A stretch of 53,482 nucleotides of DNA, taken from contig MFLD01000043.1 of the NCBI GenBank assembly GCA_001781465.1, forward strand, positions 767 through 54,248, in the 5' to 3' direction. The notes below the pieces were generated by a model. The model saw only the letters and a list, made by a program, of their open reading frames with translations. It was not told the DNA's origin and made no database searches. Below, one piece after another: positions 7,566 to 14,755 of the stretch. The translations under genes were made by a program, and so were the position numbers. Position 1 is the stretch's first letter; each line of letters opens with the position of its first letter. This DNA comes from Candidatus Kaiserbacteria bacterium RIFCSPHIGHO2_02_FULL_49_16. GTDB lineage: Bacteria; Patescibacteriota; Minisyncoccia; Phycocordibacterales; UBA2100.

Positions 7566-7607
7566 TTTCCTTATGGGCTAATTCGCACGAATTAGCCCAT
7601 AAGGAAA
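7566..7607. repeat. Palindromic hairpin family 1 copy
   Basis: TTTCCTTATGGGCTAATTCG-CA-CGAATTAGCCCATAAGGAAA has 20 bp perfect arms. A paralogue lies at 13062-13101. Confidence 0.75.
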
Positions 7608-7620
7608 TTGGAAAAGCGTT

Positions 7621-7881
7621 ATGAAATCGTTTAAAGAAAAAGTACTTGTTGTCGTTGCGAAAATACCCAAAGGGAAAACTTTGACATACAAAGAGGTTTC
7701 ACTGCGTGCGGGAAATGCTAGGGCATGCAGGGCCGTCGGAAATATCCTGAACAGAAATCGCGACCCGCGCATTCCATGCCACCGCGTCATTCGTTCAAAC
7801 GGAAAAATCGGCGGATACAATCGTGGCGGTAAAATTAAAATCAAGCTTTTGAAAGCAGAAAGCGCGGAGTGCGATAGATGA
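7621..7881 (+). CDS. ogt: MGMT-family protein (methylated-DNA-protein-cysteine methyltransferase, DNA-binding/active-site domain only)
   Basis: The active-site motif IPCHRVIRSNGKIGGY (PCHRV) is present. At 86 aa it has only the C-terminal domain. Confidence 0.75.
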   Translation: MKSFKEKVLVVVAKIPKGKTLTYKEVSLRAGNARACRAVGNILNRNRDPRIPCHRVIRSNGKIGGYNRGGKIKIKLLKAESAECDR

Positions 7882-7898
7882 AAATGGCGACACCGGAC

Positions 7899-8441
7899 CT
7901 ATAATGCTTTGAAGTTCGTGCCAGCGACTCCGCCGTTAGGTCCGGAGATAAGGATGTCCTTGTGGAGGTCGAACTCTTTGTCGCCATCATCTACATAGAG
8001 AAGCGCCTGATATGATTCGCCCGCTACTGTCGCTCGCAAAAGAAACACGTTTACATTTTTATAACTTCCAGCTTCAAATCTGCCAGCGCCGAGAACGCGT
8101 CCGTCATTATCTCGAACTCCGACCCATCCCATTTCGGTAAGCGCTAGCGACGCAACCTGAACTTCAGAACCAGCTAACTGATCTCTCACGCTCACGGATT
8201 CGCCATTCACAGAAGTGGTAACGATGGAAGACGCTTCCTCTTTAACGCTCTCGTCAGTTGCGTATACCTCATCGGAAGCGGTTGAGTTTGAATCTTCGAT
8301 CAATATGCCATCTGATAGCTCGTTAACTAATGTTGTATTCAGCCCTTGTTTGTGGCCTAAATTCCACGCTACTGCGACCGACGCGATAACCACCACGATG
8401 GCCACCATTTGACTACTTTTGTTGTTCATGTCGATACTCAT
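7899..8441 (-). CDS. Hypothetical membrane-anchored or secreted protein
   Basis: N-terminal hydrophobic segment MVAIVVVIASVAVAW followed by a soluble domain. No family recognised. Confidence 0.5.
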   Translation of the reverse strand: MSIDMNNKSSQMVAIVVVIASVAVAWNLGHKQGLNTTLVNELSDGILIEDSNSTASDEVYATDESVKEEASSIVTTSVNGESVSVRDQLAGSEVQVASLALTEMGWVGVRDNDGRVLGAGRFEAGSYKNVNVFLLRATVAGESYQALLYVDDGDKEFDLHKDILISGPNGGVAGTNFKAL

Positions 8442-8523
8442 ATATAAGCTTCACTTGCCTAGAGTGTATTCAATCTCGCGCGAGAGTCAAACAAGTGGAA
8501 CCCCAAGACAAGGCAGCAGGAAT

Positions 8524-8691
8524 TTTATCTGTCGAGGATAGCAAGTGAAGTGAAAGAGTACTCTCTTTCACTCCCGAGCGTCGCAAACAGCAAAGGTGAA
8601 AAACCACGTAGCTTGCCGCGGAATGAACCCGCGCAAGACATGTCTTGCGCGGGTTCGCGACCAGGGTTTGCCCTGGGGTTTGAAACTTTCC
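8524..8691 (-). repeat. Structured ~168 nt repeat element, copy C (slightly degraded)
   Basis: The reverse complement aligns with copy B. The central hairpin is identical. The closing helix and the fourth hairpin carry mismatches (CCGCGGCAAGCTACGTGG). Confidence 0.7.
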
Positions 8692-8714
8692 ATGAGTCCA
8701 CAGTGATTTGAACA

Positions 8715-9446
8715 TCAATCCTGAAATTCCGTTCCAAGCAAATTCCAAATCTCGGAAGCGGAAATAACGCCCTCGCGCAAAATGACAGGCTCGTTTCCGG
8801 TCAAGTCCACAATTGTGGAAGGTAGCCGTTCTTCTCCGCCATCTGGCGGATTTCCCGCATCAATAACCAGATCTATATTTGATTTCTCTCTCATCGCAGT
8901 CTTTTGCCCGCCTGCGCCGAGGCTTCGGCGGGCAGGCAAAACACTAGCATAAGAATTATTGACGCCGAGCTGTTTCAAGATCGCTTTTATAGTGCGTTCG
9001 GTTTTGTTCCCGCTTTTATTTGCGCTGGTTGTCGTAATTGGTGTTCCGATTTTTTTTACAAGCGCAATGCAGAATTTATGATTCGGAATGCGAAAACCGA
9101 TTTTTCTTATTCCCTTTCCGATGCCGGTCTTAACGGCGGCTTTCTTCTTGAGTATCAATGTCAGGGGTCCCGGCAAGAATTCTTTTGCGAGCATGCGTGC
9201 GAAGTCAGAAACTTCCGCATATTTTTCTATCATCTTGATATCCGCGACTATGGCGTGAATTGGCTTTTTCTCGTCGCGTCCCTTTAATTTATATATTTTA
9301 CCGACCGCCTTATTCGAAAAAGCGTCCGCTCCCAGTCCGTAGACCGTGTCGGTAGGGTAAAGAATAATTCCGCCCGCGCGCAATATTTTGATGGAATTTT
9401 TTACACACGCAGTTATGCCCTGTTTGTTGAGACTCAAGACTTCCAT
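8715..9446 (-). CDS. tsaC: L-threonylcarbamoyladenylate synthase (TsaC/YrdC/Sua5 family)
   Basis: GGIILYPTDTVYGLGADAF, HAIVADI and TTSANKSG motifs. The ATG at 9446 gives MEVLSLNKQG. The upstream part of the track ORF is non-homologous. Confidence 0.85.
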   Translation of the reverse strand: MEVLSLNKQGITACVKNSIKILRAGGIILYPTDTVYGLGADAFSNKAVGKIYKLKGRDEKKPIHAIVADIKMIEKYAEVSDFARMLAKEFLPGPLTLILKKKAAVKTGIGKGIRKIGFRIPNHKFCIALVKKIGTPITTTSANKSGNKTERTIKAILKQLGVNNSYASVLPARRSLGAGGQKTAMREKSNIDLVIDAGNPPDGGEERLPSTIVDLTGNEPVILREGVISASEIWNLLGTEFQD

Positions 9447-9537
9447 ACCTTTATTATCCCCTATTTCCGGAGTTATCTCATCTTGTCCGTACCATTGAGT
9501 GCTATCATGTACGTTAATGCTCTCCAGATGGCAAAAC

Positions 9538-10236
9538 ATGAAGCAACGTGCAATAAGCATGCGGCGGCATGGTGCATCCGTTCGTGATATTGAGAAACGA
9601 CTTGGCATTCGCCGTTCTACATTGAGCTACTGGTTCACAAAGGTGCCACTATCCGAACATCATCTCAAACTCCTGAAAAAACGAGCCGACAATGCGCTTG
9701 TGAAAGCTCGTGTCGAAGCAGTAAAGTGGCACAATGCGCAAAAAACCGCACGAATGGAACTAGCATCCGCACAAGCGGTGCAGACGATAAGAAACATTGA
9801 TTTAAATAATAATTATATAGCAGAACTAGCACTGGCCATCTTATATCTCGGCGAGGGTGCAAAAAAATCGGTAGCAACTGCACTCGGCAATTCTGACCCA
9901 TTAGTGCTTCGCTTTTTTATCTCAATGTTAAAGCGACTTTATAATGTACCGGTTTCGGATATGAGATGTTATCTGCATCTGCGTGCCGATCAAGACCCTA
10001 AAAAAATAATCCGGTATTGGTCGTCAGCGCTCGAAATACCACCTCAAAATTTTCGGAAGCCGATTTTGGACAAGCGGACATCTGGCAGAGCAACATATCC
10101 GCATTACAAAGGTGTTTGTATTATCGAGTGTTCCCGCGTGGCAATACAAAGAAAACTGGTATATATTGCAAACATGTTCTGTAATCAAATAACAGAACAG
10201 TGGGCGGTTAGCTCAGCTGGTAGAGCGTCCGCTTGA
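9538..10236 (+). CDS. HTH plus LAGLIDADG-like (homing-endonuclease-like) protein
   Basis: N-terminal resolvase-type HTH SVRDIEKRLGIRRSTLSYW. LALAILYLGEGAK resembles a LAGLIDADG motif. The stop codon TGA lies inside the tRNA-Val anticodon loop. The start is uncertain (ATG 9538 or 9517). Confidence 0.4.
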   Translation: MKQRAISMRRHGASVRDIEKRLGIRRSTLSYWFTKVPLSEHHLKLLKKRADNALVKARVEAVKWHNAQKTARMELASAQAVQTIRNIDLNNNYIAELALAILYLGEGAKKSVATALGNSDPLVLRFFISMLKRLYNVPVSDMRCYLHLRADQDPKKIIRYWSSALEIPPQNFRKPILDKRTSGRATYPHYKGVCIIECSRVAIQRKLVYIANMFCNQITEQWAVSSAGRASA

Positions 10237-10275
10237 CGTGCGGAAGGTTCACAGGTTCGATCCCTGTACCGCCCA
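10202..10275 (+). tRNA. tRNA-Val (anticodon GAC), no encoded CCA
   Basis: GGGCGGTTAGCTCAGCTGGTAGAGCGTCCGCTTGACGTGCGGAAGGTTCACAGGTTCGATCCCTGTACCGCCCA. It folds as a cloverleaf with anticodon loop TTGACGT. Confidence 0.88.
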
Positions 10276-10289
10276 CAAAAGGAAAACTG

Positions 10290-11027
10290 TCACTGCCCGC
10301 CTAAGTTATCGACTGCTTTCACCACGAGCCCCAAGCAATACTTAAGCCGTTCGGTAATATCCTGTTCCTTCAGCCGGATTACATGCCAACCGTTTCGCTT
10401 TAGGAATTCGTCTTTCTTTTTGTCTTTGGCTATCTGCACTCCGGAATGCGCCTTGAGATTGTCGCATTCAATGGCGATGCGCCCGTTCCGGCAAAAGATC
10501 GCCAAATCAAGACGGTATCTTTTTCCTCCTTTTGACACGGAAAATTCTTTTTCTGTTTTGATGCTAAGTTTCTGCAATCCCCTCTCTACAATTTGCTCCG
10601 TGGGAGAAACGCCGTATAGCTCCAAAATATCTCCCGCTTTCAGCAAAGATTTCAGCGTCGTAAAACCGAAAGACACTCTGCGCGGCACTATATTTTTTAT
10701 CGGGTACGCAAGCTTTTTTATCCACGCCAATTCTATTTGCAGATAATCATCATGCGCGCGAGGATGAGCTTGTTCTTTCGGCAACAAGTCTATCCTCTTT
10801 GCCACAGTTCTATTTTTCACCCGCGCATAGTATTGAATGCGCTTGCCGAATCTTCCGAATTCTACCGGCTGATAAAAAGCCAAATGAGTGAACTTCCGCC
10901 GAGGCAGATATGCAATCGGAATTCTGTACCAGTTCTTTTTTAGCATGATGCGGAGGTCGCGTTTATTTTTCAACACGCAGACCAAAACAATCTTTTTCCG
11001 CCGTGAAGTTTTCTTGTCTTTCTTCAT
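10290..11027 (-). CDS. DUF559/Vsr-like endonuclease domain protein
   Basis: The C-terminus RYRLDLAIFCRNGRIAIECDNLKAHSGVQIAKDKKKDEFLKRNGWHVIRL matches the DUF559 PD-(D/E)XK pattern. The ATG at 11027 gives MKKDKK, and the terminator hairpin of the upstream gene lies just before it. Confidence 0.6.
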   Translation of the reverse strand: MKKDKKTSRRKKIVLVCVLKNKRDLRIMLKKNWYRIPIAYLPRRKFTHLAFYQPVEFGRFGKRIQYYARVKNRTVAKRIDLLPKEQAHPRAHDDYLQIELAWIKKLAYPIKNIVPRRVSFGFTTLKSLLKAGDILELYGVSPTEQIVERGLQKLSIKTEKEFSVSKGGKRYRLDLAIFCRNGRIAIECDNLKAHSGVQIAKDKKKDEFLKRNGWHVIRLKEQDITERLKYCLGLVVKAVDNLGGQ

Positions 11028-11037
11028 TTTATTGACA

Positions 11038-11066
11038 AACCTCCGAAGGTTAAACCTTCGGAGGTT
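11038..11066 (-). terminator. Hairpin after the ABC transporter gene
   Basis: AACCTCCGAAGG-TTAAA-CCTTCGGAGGTT has a perfect 12 bp stem and is followed on the minus strand by TTTG. Confidence 0.5.
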
Positions 11067-11103
11067 GTGAAGATTTTTTGCCATTCTTCATATTTAAGCT
11101 CTC

Positions 11104-12972
11104 TCATTTCATCTTTATAACTTTCGGCGGTTCTTTTTCTTTGTATTCTTCTTCGGATTCTATTTCGTCTACATCAACTTCTTCCGGCGGCAACTCATCT
11201 CTGAATCCACCGGCCTGGATTTTCCACAACTTTTGATAAAGCCCTTTGTCTTCCAACAACTGTTGATGAGTTCCTTCGGCTACCACATTCCCCTTCTCTA
11301 AAACGATTATCCTGTCCATTTTCATAATCGTAGAGAGGCGGTGCGCTATAACGATGACAGTTTTGTCTTTCATTAGGGTTTCAAGCGCGTCCTGAATAAG
11401 AGCTTCGGACTCGGAGTCCAAACTAGATGTAGCTTCATCCAGCAAAAGAACAGGCGCATTTTTGAGAATCGCTCTAGCGATTGCAACGCGCTGGCGCTCC
11501 CCGCCCGAGAGCTTGATGCCCCGTTCGCCCACAAACGTGCCATAGCCCTGATTCAAACGCGAAATGAATTCGTGGCAGTGCGCTTTTTTCGACGCTTCAA
11601 CCACCTCTTCGTCAGTCGCGCCGCGCCGCCCGTAACGAATGTTTTCCATGAGAGGGCGGTGGAACAAAACCGGTTCTTGCGGCACGAAAGCTATCGATTC
11701 GCGCAAACTATCCTGCGTCACTTTTGCAATGTCCTGCCCGTCAATAAAAATGTTCCCGCCTTTCAGATCAAACATTCTTAATAGAAGTTTTGTTATGGTT
11801 GATTTGCCCGCGCCAGAGGGTCCGACCAATCCGACTTTTTCTTTGGGCTCAATTTGCAGGTTCAGTCCGACAAGGAGCGGATTAGCCGGGCTGAAAGAAA
11901 AATTAACATCTTTGAGAACGATTCCGCCTTTTGTAACTTTCATGGGCTCTGCGCCCGGCGCGTCTCGCACGTCGTGCTTCTGCTCAAGAATGTAGACCAT
12001 TTCGCTCGAGTCAGCGAGCGCGTCGTAGAAGCGGCGCAATTCACGGTTGATGCTAACGAGGCGGTCAAACGTCGTCATAAGGTATGCTTGAATCAGGACG
12101 AAATCCCCGATTGTTAGCAATCCCTTCCCCCAATACACCGTAGCAACCCACAGCAAGATAACTTCGATTACTATCATGAAGAACCCGATTCCAGACCATA
12201 TCCAGTTGTCTGCAAGCCAAGAGCGTAGTGTCGCTTTGCGCCATATATTTACAACCCCCTTAAAGAGACCGAGCTCGTGACTCGAGCCGGAAAAAAGCAT
12301 TATCGTAGGGTGGTTTGAAATAGCATCTGCAAGCGTACCGGTTATTCTCGTGTCCGCTTCCGCCCGCGCGGCTCGCACGGGCTGGCGGAGTTTCGCGACG
12401 TATATCTGAAATGCCATGAACAATACCGACCACACTCCGAGCGCAATGCCGAGCGTATGATTGCGTATGTAGAGAACCGTGACGGCTCCGCACACGAATA
12501 AAAACGTCGGGAAAAATTGCAGGGCAACGGCGTCAAACATCACTTCGAAAGCGCGGGAGAATTTGCTTACGCGATGCGTGAGAGAGCCGGCAAAATTGGA
12601 TGTGAAAAAATTGTATGAGTGTCCGATGAGATACTCGAATGCTCTTGAGAACAAGTCTGTCATTACGCGCGACTCAAGCGCTATGTTGCTGAAATCCTGG
12701 AGCCGCCGCATCGCCCAGCTAGCAAGCCAAATGAGCGCCACGATAACGATGATGCCGAGCAACTGACTGACTGTTGCCGCATTCGGTGGCTGGGAAGCCA
12801 ATACATTGAAAAACTCCTTCAGGTACCACGGGGCGGCAAGGTCTGCGACCTGCAAGCCGATGACTCCTATGAATACGAGAAAAATGAAAATCGGGTATCG
12901 AATTACGCTTCTGAAGTAAGTGTGTAAAACCTGTCTGGCGGTGGCGTATTTCCTCTTAATTCCATCATCCAT
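11104..12972 (-). CDS. ABC transporter, fused permease/ATPase (MsbA-like exporter)
   Basis: Six predicted TM helices are followed by Walker A GPSGAGKST, signature LSGGERQR and Walker B LLLDEATS. Confidence 0.88.
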   Translation of the reverse strand: MDDGIKRKYATARQVLHTYFRSVIRYPIFIFLVFIGVIGLQVADLAAPWYLKEFFNVLASQPPNAATVSQLLGIIVIVALIWLASWAMRRLQDFSNIALESRVMTDLFSRAFEYLIGHSYNFFTSNFAGSLTHRVSKFSRAFEVMFDAVALQFFPTFLFVCGAVTVLYIRNHTLGIALGVWSVLFMAFQIYVAKLRQPVRAARAEADTRITGTLADAISNHPTIMLFSGSSHELGLFKGVVNIWRKATLRSWLADNWIWSGIGFFMIVIEVILLWVATVYWGKGLLTIGDFVLIQAYLMTTFDRLVSINRELRRFYDALADSSEMVYILEQKHDVRDAPGAEPMKVTKGGIVLKDVNFSFSPANPLLVGLNLQIEPKEKVGLVGPSGAGKSTITKLLLRMFDLKGGNIFIDGQDIAKVTQDSLRESIAFVPQEPVLFHRPLMENIRYGRRGATDEEVVEASKKAHCHEFISRLNQGYGTFVGERGIKLSGGERQRVAIARAILKNAPVLLLDEATSSLDSESEALIQDALETLMKDKTVIVIAHRLSTIMKMDRIIVLEKGNVVAEGTHQQLLEDKGLYQKLWKIQAGGFRDELPPEEVDVDEIESEEEYKEKEPPKVIKMK

Positions 12973-13061
12973 TCAGTCATCCTATCGTACTAGAACTCTT
13001 TGGGCTATTCTCCTCTCAAAACAAGAGTTATGAGTTACGAGCAACAAGCACTGTCTTAGAA

Positions 13062-13101
13062 TTCCTTATGCGCTAATTCGCGCGAATTAGCGCATAAGGA
13101 A
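13062..13101. repeat. Palindromic hairpin family 1 copy
   Basis: TTCCTTATGCGCTAATTCGCGCGAATTAGCGCATAAGGAA is a 40 nt perfect palindrome. It differs from 7566-7607 by paired changes in both arms. Confidence 0.75.
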
Positions 13102-13180
13102 ACATAACTATGAAATCCTTGCGGGCACTATCTTTCATGGTGGTTTTGGGTGTAGGATGTGCGCGGAAGGGGGTGATTAA

Positions 13181-13384
13181 ATGGAAACCCTTGGATGGAT
13201 TTTCTCAATTGCGGGTTCTTTTGCATTGAGTGGTTTCTTGTGGACAAAAACTCACAAGAACGACTCGAGGGAGGAGCTCGCGATTATCGGTTGGATTCTC
13301 TTGGCGGTTGGGGCGGTAATACTGACTGCGGGCGGATTCGGCTGGTTGGAGTGGTGGAGGCTGGGTCTTCCGCAGCCAACCTAG
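13181..13384 (+). CDS. Small two-TM membrane protein (hypothetical)
   Basis: Strong SD GGGGGTGA 5 nt upstream of the ATG. Two hydrophobic segments are present. Confidence 0.5.
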   Translation: METLGWIFSIAGSFALSGFLWTKTHKNDSREELAIIGWILLAVGAVILTAGGFGWLEWWRLGLPQPT

Positions 13385-13467
13385 CGCGTGGCAATCCCGC
13401 CACGCGCTCATCATTTAATTTACTAGGTAAGTGGTAATTTATTTTATGCTGTGTACTATCATCAGCG

Positions 13468-14742
13468 ATGAAGATATTAGGTATAGAAACAAGTTGCGAC
13501 GAGTCCGCCGTGTGTTTAATTGAAGCGCGAGGAAATTTTGATAAAGATTTTCATTTTCAGATACTCGGAAATTCTCTCATTTCTCAAATTGCGATACACG
13601 CGCAGTATGGCGGCGTATTTCCTAATCTGGCAAAAAGAGAACACGCCAAAAATCTCGTCCCTTTACTTGAACAAACGCTCCTACAATCCGTGACTTCTTG
13701 TCAAGGCGACGCCTTGCCAAAAAAAATTCCAGAGGAGTTGCAAATCCTACTTGCGAGAGAGCGGGCATTATATGAAAAGCTCACCGTTTTTCTTCACAAA
13801 TACGGGAAGCCGGAAATCGATTCTATCGCCGTAACCATCGGCCCCGGCCTTGAACCGGCCTTGTGGGTCGGCGTTAATTTCGCGCGCGCGCTAGCACTGG
13901 TGTGGAATGTTCCGATAATCGCTGTCAATCATATGGAAGGCCATCTTATACTCTCTATGATGGAAATTCAGCCGCATCCAAACTATTCTCAAATTCTCAA
14001 GAATTTGAGAATAGAAGGAAGCATGCGTAGAATTCAGTTTCCGATGCTTGCGCTTTTGATATCCGGAGGACACACGGAATTGGTTCTTTCTGAACGATGG
14101 CAACAATACAAAATCCTAGGTGCCACGCGCGATGATGCTGTGGGTGAAGCTTTTGACAAGGTCGCGCGCTTGCTTGGGCTTCCATATCCGGGCGGTCCTC
14201 AAATTTCTGCGTTAGCGAAATTTGCGCGGAACGACGCAGACTTGACGCAGAAAAACGCAGAAAAAATCAAGCTCCCCCGTCCCATGTTGAATAGTGGCGA
14301 CTTGGATTTCTCCTTTGCGGGCTTAAAAACTGCAGTTCGCAGACTCATTGAATCCGAAGGTCTGACCTTATTAAGGTCCGACCTTGAGACCCCTTTAAGG
14401 TCGGACATTGAATCGGACCTTGACGCATTCAGAATGCAGGTTGCCAGAGAATTTGAAGATGCCGTCACGGATGTGTTAGTCGGAAAAACAATGAAGGCCG
14501 TTGATGAATACGGAATTCAAACGGTAGTAGTCGGAGGCGGAGTTTCCGCAAACTCGTACATCCGCCTTCTCCTTGCCGAAGCTTTAGCGAAGGCGGGTTT
14601 GCCTCCTCCCCTAGTACCCGCTCCAGGACTTGCTACTGACAATGCGCTAATGATCGCGCTCGCGGGATATTTTCGCGCGCTCAATAAAGAGTTTGCCGAC
14701 CCATCTGAATTGCGTGCAAACGGCAATCTGAAACTCGTCTGA
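13468..14742 (+). CDS. tsaD: tRNA N6-adenosine threonylcarbamoyltransferase TsaD, with two insertions
   Basis: MKILGIETSCDESAV, NHMEGH and LLISGGHTEL motifs. At 424 aa it is longer than the roughly 340 aa I recall as typical for TsaD, because of insertions at 13983-14014 and about 14347-14425. Confidence 0.88.
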   Translation: MKILGIETSCDESAVCLIEARGNFDKDFHFQILGNSLISQIAIHAQYGGVFPNLAKREHAKNLVPLLEQTLLQSVTSCQGDALPKKIPEELQILLARERALYEKLTVFLHKYGKPEIDSIAVTIGPGLEPALWVGVNFARALALVWNVPIIAVNHMEGHLILSMMEIQPHPNYSQILKNLRIEGSMRRIQFPMLALLISGGHTELVLSERWQQYKILGATRDDAVGEAFDKVARLLGLPYPGGPQISALAKFARNDADLTQKNAEKIKLPRPMLNSGDLDFSFAGLKTAVRRLIESEGLTLLRSDLETPLRSDIESDLDAFRMQVAREFEDAVTDVLVGKTMKAVDEYGIQTVVVGGGVSANSYIRLLLAEALAKAGLPPPLVPAPGLATDNALMIALAGYFRALNKEFADPSELRANGNLKLV

Positions 14743-14755
14743 TTTACTTTCCATT

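Noticed and set aside
7380-7595. 71 aa ORF, and the similar 92 aa ORF at 8470-8748, with the shared peptide FQTPGQ..NPRKTCLARVHSAAS
   Set aside because: Both lie inside copies B and C of the structured repeat. The same frame is interrupted in copy A. Differences between copies preserve base pairing rather than codons.
13110-13229. 39 aa ORF MKSLRALSFMVVLGVGCARKG... with a lipoprotein-like signal
   Set aside because: The LGVGC motif does not fit the lipobox, because position -3 is Gly. The ORF overlaps the better-supported 13181 ORF, which has a strong SD, in another frame.
13195-13437. 80 aa ORF, and the minus-strand 13205-13414 ORF
   Set aside because: These are alternative frames of the 13181-13384 small membrane protein gene, which alone has a strong SD and a membrane-protein-like sequence.
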